The notes: generated by a model from the letters alone, not told the origin. Counted from the first letter of the stretch, positions 26,418 through 40,952 are shown. The stretch: DNA of 64,000 nt from Paraspadella gotoi (GCA_051294375.1 CM119270.1:3898301-3962300); one strand, 5' to 3'. Numbers and translations: made by a program.

Positions 26418-26503
26418 GACGACGATTCGACGCCCGCGCTTTGACGGAGATGATTGCGTTGGCGGCGTTGATGACGCGAGAAGAGAAAGCGAAGGCGAAC
26501 TAA
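26418..26503 (+). CDS. Candidate terminal coding exon (…RRFDARALTEMIALAALMTREEKAKAN*)
   Basis: Follows a long pyrimidine-rich stretch and the acceptor TTCACAG at 26411-26417. GC-rich, with a protein-like helical peptide ending at TAA 26501-26503. An alternative frame runs on through the 24-bp minisatellite to 26853. Confidence 0.35.
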
Positions 26504-26534
26504 TGGCGCCATCTAAGACACAGAGATGGCGCCC

Positions 26535-26845
26535 GACCCACGCGCATACAATTGCGTTAACCCACGCGCCGACAATTGAGCTTTCTCTCGCACCCACAAT
26601 TGCGTTTACCCAAGCACCCACAATTAAGCTTACCCACGGGCCCACAATTGCGCCTACCCACGCGCCCACAATTCCGCTAACACATACGCCCACAATTGCG
26701 CTAACACATACGCCCACAATGGCACTAACCCACGCACCCACAATTGCGCTTACCAAAGCGCCCACAATTGCGCTTACCAAAGCGCCCACAATTGCGCTTA
26801 CCAAAGCGCCCACAATTGCGCTTACCCACGCGCCAACAATGGCCT
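26535..26845. repeat. 24-bp minisatellite, about 13 copies
   Basis: Unit CCCACAATTGCGCTTACCAAAGCG and variants; translates as (PTIALTHA)n on the plus strand. Confidence 0.9.
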
Positions 26846-27096
26846 TACAATGAAATAAACCAAGAAACCGTCAAATACGTCAAATACGATCACACGGAAA
26901 AAGAAAACCAAAAAATAGAAGACCANNNNNNNNNNNNNNNNNNNNNNNNNNNNNNNNNNNNNNNNNNNNNNNNNNNNNNNNNNNNNNNNNNNNNNNNNNN
27001 NNNNNNNNNNNNNNNNNNNNNNNNNGGAAGAAACGGAAGGGGGGAGAGGAGAGGAGAGGGGGGGAACGCTGTCTCATCACTGGGAGAGAAATGGAT

Positions 27097-27127
<31 letters not shown>

Positions 27128-27791
27128 TCTTCGATCCCCATAATCGTCTTGTTCAAAGTTGTCGTCTTCCTTTTTATCTTTTTACGTCTTTCGTTGTCGT
27201 CGTCGTTGTTGTTGTCTCAGTTTTTTTTCTTGAGAGTTATTGTAGTACTAGTTGGGTGATCTGACACTTACCGATTTTAAGGCCGAAATCTCGCCAGGTT
27301 GTCAGTCGGTGTCTCGACAGGTCAACTCAGAAATTCCACAGAAATTAAAAAGTTGCGAGATATTTATTTGAAATCTTTTTTTTTTTATTTTAAAAGTATG
27401 TATACTCCAGGGTATTGGAGTATCAGAGACTAAAAAGGAAGACATAAACAAAACTTAACTCTCTTAAATTTTGGTCACGATCTTTACGGTTCTTTCTTCA
27501 AAAAGGTTTTGTGTCTACTGAGTTTACAAAGGATGCTGTTCAGTGTTCAGGTACCGAGGACATCGTCATTGTGGTCGTCGTTGTGGTCGTCGCCGTTGTG
27601 ATCATCGTCGTTGTAGTCGTCGTCGTTGTGGTCGTCGTCGTTGTGGTCGTCATTGTGGTCGTCGTCGTGGTTGTAGTAGTTGTGATTAAACCGTCTCCTT
27701 GTTATTCTTTTGTTTACGTCTCGGAGGATCAGCTTAAAGGGATCAAGAACCTGGATTTTATCTACGAAATAAAGGTGAGACAGATAGAGTT

Positions 27792-27836
<45 letters not shown>

Positions 27837-29972
27837 TCGCAAAAGAACAAAACAGAACTAAAAATCTGAGAAAAAATTCTGAGTGATGAAAGCTGAGGTT
27901 ACGACCAAAAAAAAGACAGAGAGAGAGAGAGAGAGAGAGAGAGNNNNNNNNNNNNNNNNNNNNNNNNNNNNNNNNNNNNNNNNNNNNNNNNNNNNNNNNN
28001 NNNNNNNNNNNNNNNNNNNNNNNNNNNNNNNNNNNNNNNNNNNNNNNNNNNNNNNNNNNNNNNNNNNNNNNNNNNNNNNNNNNNNNNNNNNNNNNNNNNN
28101 NNNNNNNNNNNNNNNNNNNNNNNNNNNNNNNNNNNNNNNNNNNNNNNNNNNNNNNNNNNNNNNNNNNNNNNNNNNNNNNNNNNNNNNNNNNNNNNNNNNN
28201 NNNNNNNNNNNNNNNNNNNNNNNNNNNNNNNNNNNNNNNNNNNNTAGAATAATAGAATTTAAAAATATCATTATGTACGTCGAGTTAACCTTCAATACAA
28301 AATTAAACCAAAAGTTGGAGAAATTAAAATTGATATTATTAAATTATGTCATTAATATGAAACTTAGCTTAAAGTCATATTATGATCTCTATTGAGCTAT
28401 TTTCCAACAAGGAAAAAAATGCCAGACGAGAATTTTCTGTCGCAAACACAAACGGTGAGAGAGAGAGAGAGAGNNNNNNNNNNNNNNNNNNNNNNNNNNN
28501 NNNNNNNNNNNNNNNNNNNNNNNNNNNNNNNNNNNNNNNNNNNNNNNNNNNNNNNNNNNNNNNNNNNNNNNNNNNNNNNNNNNNNNNNNNNNNNNNNNNN
28601 NNNNNNNNNNNNNNNNAGAGAGAGGGAGAGAGAGAGGCAAGTTCATAATTAGATTAAGCCACTGATGTTGACGACGACGACGAAGATAATGAAAAATCAA
28701 TGACATAAAAATTAATGATTTAAAACCCAAATTACGATATTAACGCTACGAACATTACGCCACCTACATCGTCGTCTCTGCGTCATCGACCCGTTTTCGC
28801 CCTTTTCGCCACGTGGCGGACGTCGGGTCACGCCAACCGAAAGTTGAGAGAACCGGATGTGAATATTTGAAAAAAAAGGGAAAACGGAGGCAGATGAGAG
28901 TTTTGACCCGAAAAAAAGGAGAACAGATAAAATCTGTGCTGTAAGTAAGTGAGATAGGAGAACGGTAGATGTAGGAAGTTGGAAGAACGGAAGAACGTTA
29001 TAAATTACGGAGAACAACGGTTGTTGAATGTGGGAAAAAACGTGAGAATAGATCGCGGAAGAATGGAAGAACGGAAGAACGGATCGCGGAAGAACGGAAG
29101 AATGGATCGCGGAAGAACGGAAAACGTTAAAAAAAGGAAGAACGTTGATGAACGCGGATGAGAATTCTTGAAAAAAAAAACTAAGAAAATGGAATTTTAA
29201 AGAAAATAATTAAGGGAAAACAGAATCAGTCAGTGGAGACTTGAAGAATTTTAAATTAAAAGAATTTGGGGGACGAGGATTTGGAAGGAAAAAGAAAAAA
29301 AAGAAAGAAAAAGAAGGAAAAAACAAAAGAAAAAAGAGGAAAGAAAGAGGAAGGAAAAGAGGAAAGAAAACGGAAGGAAAAGAAGGAAAAAAAAAACAGA
29401 AGAAAAAAGAGGAAAAAAGAGGAAGAAAAAGAGGAAAAAAAGAGGAAGAAAAAGAGGAAGGAAAAAGAAAGAAAAAGAAGGAAAAAACAGAATAAAAAAG
29501 AGGAAAGAAAGAGGAAGAAAAAGAGGAAAGAAAGAGGAAGAAAAAGAAGGAAAAAAACAGAAGAAAAAAGAGGAAAGAAAGAGGAAGAAAAAGAAGGAAA
29601 AAAACAGAAGAAAAAAGAGAAAAGAAAGAGGAAGAAAAAATGGCGATTGAAATACGAAAGAAGCAAGGGCGAAGTCGAAAGACGAAAAGGCGAAGTTGAA
29701 AGACGAAAAGGCGAAGAAAAAAAGGCGAAGTAGAAAGACGAAAAGGCGAAGTAGAAAGACGAAAAGTCGAAGAAAAAAAATGCGAAGTAGAAAGACGTTA
29801 AAAAAGGGAGAAAGAAATTGTAGCCGAACGAGTTTCCCACGAGAAGAAATAAAACACGAATGTGAAGCCTTTTTCACAAGAAGCCGTCGTCGTTGTCGTC
29901 GTCGTCGTCGTCATTCCTTCATGGTTGCCTCTTTATTGTACTGTCGTCGACAAGGTCGACGTTATTGTAGGT

Positions 29973-30060
29973 CACATCCAATATAAAAATTGTCCATCCA
30001 TATAAAAAAGAAGCTATCTTGCCCCTGACTTTGGACAGGCCATGGTGGGCCATCAAGCGG
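29973..30060. mobile_element. MITE family B solo arm
   Basis: CCAATATAAAAATTGTCCAT...AAGCTATCTTGCCCCTGACTTTGGACAGGCCATGGTGG closely matches 51401-51471. Confidence 0.6.
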
Positions 30061-30421
30061 TGACTTTTGTAGTTAATGTCTTTGGACAGCTTTAGTCGCT
30101 GTCGTCAACTTAATATAAAAAATAAACATTTTTCCTACAAATTTCTTATCGATAAATAATTTTTCGGGGTTTTCGTCGAAAATCTAAATTCTGAATCGTA
30201 ATTTCTAACACTGGAGTTTCTCGGCAATTTGTCACACCGTGTAACATTTTATCGTGAATGTGGTCTCAACGGAACGTCTGAGAAGGCGTTGGCGTTGGCG
30301 TTTCCATTGACGTTCACGTTGGCGTTGGCGTTGACGTTGGAGTTGCCATTGGCGTTGGCGAACTCGCTTTTGCACGAGAGTAAAAACCAAAGAGTCGAAA
30401 TGAAAATGAATTAGATTTTGG

Positions 30422-30524
<103 letters not shown>

Positions 30525-31047
30525 GGAGACAGAGACGATTCGACGAATTCGATTTCGCCTTCGGCGTTTTCCTTCGCTAAAAATTTACGCGTCACGAAAG
30601 CGACTTTTAACTTGCGACGTTGTCCTGCTTCTGCAGCCTTCATCGACATTTAGCATCTTGCAGTTATTGCGATCACTCCCACTCACGTTTCAGTCAGTCG
30701 CTGTTATTTTAGCACGTTTATTAATAACAAACCTTATTTCTAACCAAAGAACTCATCGCATCCCCGTTGCAGTATCATAAAAAATCAAATAAATATAAAT
30801 AAATTTATAATACTCCTTGGTATTTGAATTGAAATATATTTTACGTTGCACTACTTGACTCAGAAATTAAAAAAAAAAAGGGAATCTGTGACTTCAAGAA
30901 TTTTTGGCTGCAATGACTTCGCAGTCGCGTTTTCTGTGAAATCACGCGAACTTTTCTGCGTCGTTCGCTTCTGTGATGATTCACGCGCCACGGAAATATT
31001 TTCACTTCGTCTCTTGCGCGTTTTTGTCTTTGGCTCGCGATGGGACG

Positions 31048-31088
<41 letters not shown>

Positions 31089-31213
31089 TAAAACAGGATG
31101 GAGCCGTGACACGAGACTTGTCACGGGGCGGAGACTTGACACGCATCTCGTCGGTGACTGAGGACCGAGTTCGGACCATGTTATCGGGGAGGGGCTGTAG
31201 ACGGGAATTTAAT

Positions 31214-31341
<128 letters not shown>

Positions 31342-32028
31342 AACTCGTTCCGTTCACGACTGAATGGTCGATAGACTGACTGACCGACTGTTGTCCGTCT
31401 CTGATTGTTTGACCTACTTTTCAGTTCAATCGGGAAAAATCCCAGTTAAGGTCCACTTTACTATTTATTTCTTGTGTTTAAAATAGAATATCAGTTTTAT
31501 GCTTTTTGGGTAATAAATATTTTTGAATTCACATTTGGTTTTTGAACAAATAAAAAAAACAAGTTAAGATAGAAGTTAATATTAGAACAAGTGTAAATTA
31601 ATTAATATATTCATGTCATCGCGTTTAATGCAAACGTCTTTTTGTTGATTTGACAACAATAAAAACAACAACAACAACAATAACAACAACAACCAAACTT
31701 TTTGCACGACGTAGAAGCGAATAAATTTGCGACTTTAACAAAAAGTCAATCGAATCTGCAATTGCTTGCACCATCTGGCGACATTGCCATCCATCACGGT
31801 ATTTGCCATCGATCATTGCCACAAGTCACGCCACATTCATCAAACCTGGCGCCAATACATTCTCTGTCGCGACATCGTGACTTTGTCTTCTGCCATTCAT
31901 ATGCCATATTCACCATCGACTTTTTGCCATCAGCTGATGTAAAAGGTTAAAGCAAGAATGAAAAACCCATCATTTCTGCCATCGATGCAATTTGGGTCAT
32001 CGACGAGACCGAGGGCGGGTTGGCTGAT

Positions 32029-32065
<37 letters not shown>

Positions 32066-32938
32066 GAACCGACCCGGGGTTCCATTATCGAAACACCACA
32101 GCAGCAGAAAATGGAAATTTCGCGTCGATGGTCAAAACATTATCGTCGTCGTCGTCATCGTCGTCGTCGTTTGTTGGCTTCGTCCTGCCTTTGTCAGTCT
32201 TCAACATCCAAATTGTATGATCATAAAAGAAATATTCGTATGATCACTTTTAATTTGTATGTATATACATCTCTATATTTTTTTTTAATTGAGAGACGAT
32301 GTTTCACAAAAATAAAGTCAAATCATAAAAAAAAAACCTTATAAAAATTCGTAATGAGCCTCGTGAGTAATTTATTTGAAAAAAAAAATATCATTAACCA
32401 AAGGGCGGAGACTGTGGGAAAAAATTTTGATTAATTATCTTTAAAAAAAAAAGATTTTAACTTAAAACGTATTTGGACAATAATCCAATAAGGATTCGTT
32501 CTATTTGAACTTTAAATTAAAGCTTAAGTTTCTCGAGTGAGAAGATGAATAGGAAGAGATAAAGAAAAAAAAATTTAGGGAAATTAAAAGGAAGGGAAAA
32601 AAAAGAAATTTTATTTTGTGAAAAAAAGATTCGGGTGAAATTTTTCGATTTTCGAGATTTTTGTCAATTGTGATTGTGAAGTTTTTATTTTTTTATTTTC
32701 GGATTTTTTTTTTGTTTAGATTTCGATTATGTAGTAAACTTAAAATGTTTTTTTTATTTGCGAATATTGATAGTTGAAAAAGAAAACATGAAATTGAGTG
32801 ATTGAAAGAAATATATACGAAGAAGCGCATGAGAGAGAGAGAGAAGCGAGAGAGAGAATTTAGAAAATAAAAACAAATCGAGGGCCAAACGTGGTACTGA
32901 GGACGAAAAATTTGTTGAGGACCGCGGACCGGAGAGAG

Positions 32939-32994
<56 letters not shown>

Positions 32995-33084
32995 GAGAGA
33001 GAGAGAAGAGAGAGAGAAGTGGGGCTTTCGGAACAGAGAATATGCGAGGCGGTAGGAAATAGCGTCTTCCTGAATATCTCTCCT

Positions 33085-33138
<54 letters not shown>

Positions 33139-33462
33139 TCTCTCTCTCTCCTCTGCTCTCTCTATAGCGAGCGGGCCGATAGAGAGACGATGAGAAGAAC
33201 GACGAAGCTTGACGGCGGCGACGAACGACGAACGAAGACGACGACGACGACGAAGAGCGTTGGCAAATTGCAAGGGAAAAGAGAACGCGGGAGAAAAACG
33301 AAACCATAGTGGAGAACCCAAAGATAAAAAAAAAAGAAAAAAAGATAAGGAATAAAACTGTTTTGGCCCAAGACCGAGAGAGAGAAGAGAGAGAGAGAAG
33401 AGAGAGAGAGAGAGATGAGGAGAGAGAGAGAGAGAGAAGAGAAAGAGAAAGAAAGAGATAGC

Positions 33463-33493
<31 letters not shown>

Positions 33494-34072
33494 AGAGAGA
33501 GAGAGAGAGGGAGACGAAGTCAACAAAAAATAGGCCGAGAGGAAACGACGTTGATAATTTTCAAATATGGACTCGAGTCATACGAGTGGGAGACACGGGA
33601 AAGAAAGAGAGAGAGAAGAGAGGATGAAGAGAGAGACGAGAGAGAGAGAGGAGAGAAGAAACGGCGGGCTCTTTTCGGTTTTATTCCTCTATGTTCGTCT
33701 ATTCGCTTCGATACAACAGATAAATTAAATTTATTTCGCAGCCCCTAGGATCATTTTTCTTAACCTCCCGATACGCTTCCAATTTTTGGCCCTTCTATTC
33801 TCTCTCTTCTCTCCTCTCCTCTCTCTTCTCCTCCTCTCTCTCATCTCTCTTCTCTCTCTCTCTCCCTCTCTCTCTCAGTCTCTCTCCTCTCTCTCTTTCA
33901 CTCTGTCTCCCTCGTGGGTCCACCGGTCCGTGGCGACGGCTTCTCCGCCCCTCAAGTTTCAAGATGAAGTCGGATGTCGTAAAAATCAAACATGGATTTT
34001 TACAACTTGAATCGAGGAAAAGAAAAAGGATTAATCTTCTCTAGAGATTGGGGAAAATTTGGAATCATAAAA

Positions 34073-34290
34073 TAGCATTATTTTCCGAAAGAGCCCCATT
34101 TCTGTTCCTAACATTCTATAATAACCTTTTGAAATATTAAATTTTTTTATTTAAACTTAATCCTAATCTATAACAGAGTTTCTTGCTTATTCTTTATCCC
34201 TAATCTTTAAGTTTAATCTAATTTTTAAACCTGTAAAATAATTTAATTCAAGATTTAAGCCTAAATGTAACGCTTTCGGATAATATGGCC
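34073..34290. mobile_element. MITE family A copy (reverse orientation)
   Basis: TAGCATTATTTTCCGAAAGAGCCCCATT...AATGTAACGCTTTCGGATAATATGGCC. The subterminal sequences mirror those of 7822-8000. Interior is CCTAAT/CCTAAC-like. Confidence 0.5.
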
Positions 34291-34544
34291 AAAAAAATCA
34301 AATCACCGAGAGCTCTCTTTTAGCTAAAGATCTAATGAAAGATCTTTTGATCTTACGAAATTGGTATTATCAATAAAAAAATAAAATCATTTCATTAAAG
34401 TAAAGACCCTTGCCTTTTTAAATTAGCAGAAAAGGAAATCAAAATCTTGTCTTAACAAAAATAATTTTTAGTTAACGGAAAAAAAAATATTGGCCCAACT
34501 TGGATTTCGAGTTGAAAATCGAATTTCTTTAAAAAGAACGGTAA

Positions 34545-35104
34545 TTCCAATGTGTTGCGCCGAAGTGACTTNNNNNNNNNNNNNNNNNNNNNNNNNNNNN
34601 NNNNNNNNNNNNNNNNNNNNNNNNNNNNNNNNNNNNNNNNNNNNNNNNNNNNNNNNNNNNNNNNNNNNNNNNNNNNNNNNNNNNNNNNNNNNNNNNNNNN
34701 NNNNNNNNNNNNNNNNNNNNNNNNNNNNNNNNNNNNNNNNNNNNNNNNNNNNNNNNNNNNNNACTTTCTTAGCCCTTGTATTTATGACATGCACTGCTTC
34801 GAGTCTTTTATTCCTTATAGTTTTAGAATTTCCTAAAGCGGCGGTAGCAGTCCCTTAGATTTGAGGTTTCTACCTGTCTTAACAAATGAGCAACCAACTA
34901 TAGGCGAATTATNNNNNNNNNNNNNNNNNNNNNNNNNNNNNNNNNNNNNNNNNNNNNNNNNNNNNNNNNNNNNNNNNNNNNNNNNNNNNNNNNNNNNNNN
35001 NNNNNNNNNNNNNNNNNNNNNNNNNNNNNNNNNNNNNNNNNNNNNNNNNNNNNNNNNNNNNNNNNNNNNNNNGAGTTGCTCCGCGAGTACTCGCGGCGCA
35101 ACTA
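34545..35104 (-). mobile_element. HINE-like element copy (interrupted by two gaps)
   Basis: Shares TTCCAATGTGTTGCGCCG.AGTGACT, the internal GGCGG..AGCAGTC.CTTA.ATTTGAG block, and the terminal hairpin AGTTGCTCCGCGAGTACTCGCGGCGCAACT. Confidence 0.7.
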
Positions 35105-35354
35105 ACAAAAGAGAAAAAAAAACAAGAAAATATTTCGTTAATTAAAGAAGATTTACGATTTTCTTATTTTTTGTCTCTTTTTTGACACCCGAAAGTTTTT
35201 TAAGCAGAGGGTGGTGACAGAGAGAATTATGAATACAAATTGGTAATTATTAAGTTGAGCGATGTTTTTTGGTAATATCAAAGGCAGCTTCTTTTATATT
35301 CTTTCTTTTTTTATTTTTTTTAATTGTCGATTTCTTTCTTTCTTTCTTTCTTTC

Positions 35355-35393
<39 letters not shown>

Positions 35394-36554
35394 CATTCAT
35401 TCATTCTCTCTTTTGGTTTCAGACAGATAATTTTTTCATCTTCTTTTACGCATCTCTTACATTTTCTTTTGAAATTCAACTCAATCAATTCCTACTTTCC
35501 TTTTTTTTTTTCTAAATCCCCGACTTCTCTTTCGTTTCCTATCTATCGATTTTCTCCTCCACTTTCCATCCTCTTTCTCCCGAACGAAAGGAATGTTGAT
35601 TTAATTGAGGCCAAAATTGAGGGGAATGTTGTTTTCTCTTCCAAGAGTCGAAGTCTTTACTTTCTCTCTCTCTCTCTCTCTCTCTCNNNNNNNNNNNNNN
35701 NNNNNNNNNNNAAAAAGAAGAGAGGATGCAATCTCCTCTCTCTCTCTCTCTCTCTTTCTCTCTCTTGTCTGTCTCTGACTTTCTCTCATTGTTTTCGGTC
35801 TGTTTTTATTAGTTTCTTTCTTATTTAATTCCTCTAATAATTTCGCTCTCTCTCTCATCTCTCTCTCTCTCTCTCGCTCTTCTCTCTCTCTCTCTCTCTC
35901 TCTCCTCTCTCATCTCTCTCTCATCTCGTCGCAAAAACATTCAAACAAATCCCACTCCCTCTCTTTAGGATCCGCGGCGAAATTTCGTTTCCTCTTAAAA
36001 CTTTTTCCAGACGGATTATGAACCAAAATCACTTTCCGAGAGAGAGAGAGAGAGAGAGAATGACGAGAGAGAGAGAGAAGAGAGAGAAGAGAGACGAGAG
36101 AGCAGAAGAGAGAGAGAGAGAGAAGAGAGAGTGAGAGAGATAGAGAAGACTGACCGACCGGAATCTCTCATTGTCGTCGGCCACAAAAACGGGGTCAAAC
36201 TCGATGAGCCTCCGCCAGAGTCGTCGCGTCAGTTTTCGTCGGCGAAATCGACCGACAAAAAGTCGATCCGAATTCGAAGGTGACGAAATCGCGCGGGAAA
36301 ATTCGAATAATCGATTGGGAGGAGGGAGAGAGGGAAGAGAGAAGGGGGAATGTGTGAGAGGAGAGGGAGAAGTGTGTGAGGGGATAATAAGGAGAGGGGA
36401 GAGGGAGAGAGGGAGAGAGAAGGGGGAATGTGTGAGGGGATTAAAAAGGAGAGGAAAGAGAAAACACGAGAAAGGAAGGGAAGAGAGAGACAGAAGAAGG
36501 GGGAAAGGAGAAGGGAAAAGGGGGGAGAGAAATAATTAGAAGTGATTATGAGGG

Positions 36555-36608
<54 letters not shown>

Positions 36609-37014
36609 GGAGAAGAGAGAGAGAGAGAGAGAAAAGACACCAAGTTTTCCAAAATTATGATTTTTTTTTGATTGGGCGCCAATTAAAAAAAAGACTGAGC
36701 TCCTCAATCTCTGACTGATCTAGTATCGGGTGATCCAAAAAAGACAAAGACTGTGAACGCGTATCGGGTAATCGGATCGGGTGAAAAAAAAAGTGGTAAG
36801 ATAATCGGTGATGAGGTCGACCCGAGGTAAGAGGCGCACATGAGGGAAGGGAGATTAGACGATGACGAAGACGACGACGACGACGAAGATCGGGTCACGG
36901 GGTCACCCTAACCTCGCCCCCCTCCCGCCCCCCCCCGAAACTAAAAAAAGGTTTACGATGATGAGAGAGTTTTTCCGCGTGAGGGAAAAACGAAGACTTG
37001 GATCGGGAAAAATC

Positions 37015-37067
37015 TGGATCGAGACGTCCCGGGTTCGAACCCGGGGAAAGGGAGGTTTTTTTTTTTT
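37015..37067 (+). other. tRNA T-arm/B-box remnant (possible tRNA-derived SINE fragment)
   Basis: CCCGGGTTCGAACCCGGG at 37028-37045 fits GGTTCGANNCC with a paired T-stem, and a T-run follows. No A-box or full cloverleaf is visible. Confidence 0.35.
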
Positions 37068-39353
37068 ATTAAGTCTATGTGGGGAAATAGATTTTGCAAT
37101 AGAGTTTACCATTAGCTGCATTATAGTACTACTCGGGCCCATACCTGCAATTCTTTAAAAATAAAAAAAAAGGCTTTTTTTTATTGACAAAGTTCTATCA
37201 ATTAGTTTGAAAAATCAATTATAACCGGTCTCGATATCTCATCTTCAAGATCGAAAAAAAAGTGCATCGTTTTAGACACATTATTTGTGTAATTTCATAC
37301 TAAATTTTTTTCTTTATTAATTTATAAAAATTGAAATTAAATATGAAATTAAAGAAATACGTTAATAACGACAACAAAGCGGATGAGTTTGAGAGACGTC
37401 GACAGGGGGCATCTCATCGACCCGAGGGAGAAAACAGGAAAAACGAGGAAGAGGGCATGGCAGGGCATGGAGGAAAGCGGGATTTGACATGGAGAGGAGA
37501 AAGATAAAGACATAAGGTTTCCTGGGTCGTGTGGTAAAGAATGCTGAAATTGATACGACAAAAAATATGATTTACTTAATCTTAGTTAATTTAAGAGAAA
37601 GAACAAAAAATTGCCGAATGCGGAAAAAAAGGTGGTACAAACTAATACAAGAATTAATCAAAAAACATTAAATTTAATCAAATAAGAAAACAAATATCAA
37701 AGTAAAATGGTGGAGCAGCGAGGAGGTGGCATGGGTGACGGCATTGCATGGCATAGTATGGGAGTGGCAAGATGTGAAAGGGTTTGGGATGAAAAAGTTT
37801 TGGGATGATAGGGTGTTGGGGTGAGAGTGTGTTGGGGTGAGAGGGTGAGAGGGTGTTGGGGTGAAAGGGTGTTGGGGTGAGAGAGTGAGAGGGCGGCGAG
37901 AGAACAAAAGTGAATGACGTAAAGGAAAGATATTTTTTTTCATTCGATCTCAACGTGAGAAGATTAGGTGAGAGATAAGAAGGGAATCAGGGATGAAGAC
38001 GATAATAGATGGATAGATAGATGGACGGATGGATAGAGATGGAAAGGTTAGAGATGGGAGGGTTAGAGATGGAAGGTTTGATGGTAATTGAACTCAGTTA
38101 AGAGACGGAAAAACGAGAGAGGAAAACCCGAGGATAATCGCGTTAGAGGGAGATATAATGACACGACGACGAAGACGACGATAACAACAACAACAACGAC
38201 GACGTTGAGGACGATGATGGGGAGGAAGACGACGATGACGACGACGACGACGAAATCGTGTCGAATGTCGACGTCGTCACTCAATGGGCGTCAGCGTTTC
38301 AAGTTGAAGCCGCGGGTTTGAGAGAGATGAGAGAGAGAAGAGAGAGAGATGAGAGAGAGAGACAGAGAGAGGAAGAGAAGAGAGGAGAGAGAGAGAACGA
38401 GGAGAGGGCACAGAGAGAGAGACAGAGAGACAGAGACTTTCAATCGGGTTGTCGAGATTGGATGCAAATCGAATTAAGGAATGCGCTGAATTAACCAATT
38501 AACCATTAACCCCCTTTTTTATTTTTTTTTTGCTAACCAGACTGAATATTCCTTTACGTGAACACAGTTTGTTTTTTTTGGAGATTGGATTTTTGTAGTG
38601 TAATTATAATCGATTGTAATTATAATTATAATTATAATTATAATTGTAATTATAATCGATTGATCTACGAAAATAATATCAAGTGATAATAATAATATAA
38701 TATTAATAACATTAATAACAAAAGGCTAAAAATGAATATCAATTAATATGCTTCATAACTTTTATCATTATTATAATTTTTTTTTGAATATTTACTAATA
38801 GAATTAATAATTAATTGATCAACAATCAACAATACTATTTATTTGTCTTTGGCCGCTTAAATTTTGTCCGCTTCCGACGAGATTCGCTTTTTTCCTGAAT
38901 CTCTAATCAAACGGGTTTCATTTAGAGATTTGGGGACCAGGGGGATGGGGAAGGCGTAGGGGGACCAGGGACCAGTTGGGGGCGGTGGGGGGGATGACCG
39001 GATTAGGCGGACGTTTTTGAAAAGGGGGTAGCGGCTCAGAGGGAGGAAGGGACAAGGTCTCTGGACCCACGGGCCAATAAAGAAGCAAAGATCGAGGCGA
39101 CAGGTTCGGGGTTTTTATATCTCGGGACCTTTTAGGTCGCGGGTCTAAATGTCGGAGCGGGAGAAATGAAATGATGAGTCAGAAAAAAGGGGGAGGGGGG
39201 GAGAATTTGGAGGGGGGGCTTGGATGGGGCCGGGGTTATCTTTCGGTCGGGGGATGGGGTAGGAAGAAAAGCGTTTCAGATCCCCGTTCGGTTTTATCTC
39301 TCGTGAAAGAGGAAGAAGAGTGTGGGGCGAGATTGGTTCAGGGCTTCTGTGAT

Positions 39354-39615
39354 GGCTTTATTTTCCCAGAACGCCCCATTCTATCTGAAATTCGGAATTT
39401 CGATTCATTTTTTAAATTAAGTTAAAGGTGAGGGTTAAGGTTTAGGTTAAACATTAAGGTTAGGGACTTGGTTAGAGGTTAAGGTTAAAAATTAGGGATA
39501 AGAGTTTAGGATTAGGGTTAAAGTTAATGGGATTAGAGTTAGAGATTGGTTTATATAAGTTAAAAATATATTTAAATCAAATATTAAAGCTAAAAATAAA
39601 CGAAGCAGAAAGCGA
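39354..39615. mobile_element. MITE family A copy (one TIR clear) with degenerate TTAGGG-like array
   Basis: GGCTTTATTTTCCCAGAACGCCCCATT followed by about 120 bp of TTAAGG/TTAGGG/TTAGAG hexamers (39421-39545). Confidence 0.45.
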
Positions 39616-39870
39616 AAGTAGGGATGAGGGGGAAGGGGGGAAGGGGGGGGGAAGGGGGAAAGGACAATTTCGGGATTGAGGGGTTTCAGGTGAACTAGGG
39701 AGGATTAGGCGGGGGGGGGGGACACGAGGGGGGGCTATTTTGTGATATCGCGGGTGAATTTCTGTCGGAGATTAGATGAGGGTTTTGAGGTCGTGAGCGT
39801 CGATCGTAATCGTTACCCGAGAAATGCACGACCGAAATGGGGAAAGATTGGGGGAGAAATGAGAGAGAGA

Positions 39871-39977
<107 letters not shown>

Positions 39978-40379
39978 GAGGAGAGAGAGAGAGAGAGAGA
40001 GAGGAGCAAGAGCAGAGAGAGCAGAGAGAGAGAAGAGAGAGAAGAGGAAAAGGGATGAAAATAAAATAGAAACGAGAGTTTCGGAGATAAAAAAAAATCC
40101 TCAGTTTCCCTTTAGACAGGAATATTAATTTTGTTGTAAGATATTTTTTTTTATTGGCCCCTGGACATTTTTTGGGTTTTATTTGCATTTGCATTTGCCG
40201 TGTATACATAAACTAAAAATAATAAGAAAAATAAATTAATCAAAGGTTTCTTGACAAAATATACATTATACTACTTAATGAAGTCAGGGTGAAATGGACC
40301 ACAGCAAGAGCAACTACAACAGCAAGAGCAACAGCAACAGCAACTACAACAACGATTAAAACTCCTAATTCGATTTCTC

Positions 40380-40417
<38 letters not shown>

Positions 40418-40952
40418 GAATATTTTCCCTGAGTCGCAATTCGATACTCGATCAGTTTTCAATAAAAACATTTCTCGCTGTAGATTTTTTATGCCCGGAG
40501 GTCGAGAGAGACCGAAAGTACAGTACGCTAGGGATTATAACGACTTTTCATTCTAAGGGCGAAGGAAGTTGTACAGGGCGAATCGTATTTTCTCATTTTT
40601 GAGAATATAATCATAAAAAAATATCAGGGGTCGATAAACATTACGATTCCAATTAAATGGACGTATATGATTTACATAAAATTGTAACGATAAGGAAATC
40701 AAAACAATTTCGTTTTCAAAATTCTTTTTCAGCCATATATAAACAAAAAAAATGATCTTTAAATCATAACATTTACATTAAAAAAAAAAAAAGAATTTTA
40801 ATTTGACTTTAGATTTCTGGGTTCGGTTAGATTGTTATTGTAACGAAGCTTAACATAAACTGGGCGAAGGATAAGCATGAATCTTTGAAGGCAACGGACT
40901 CTTAAAGATCTAAGTCATGTTTGTTATTGTTCGACTGTCGACATTCTTTTCT

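Noticed and set aside
37000-37060. Intact tRNA gene
   Set aside because: Only a T-arm/B-box is present; no D-arm, A-box or acceptor stem could be built.
39421-39545. True telomere or chromosome-fusion site
   Set aside because: The hexamers are highly degenerate, short, and embedded in a dispersed TIR element.
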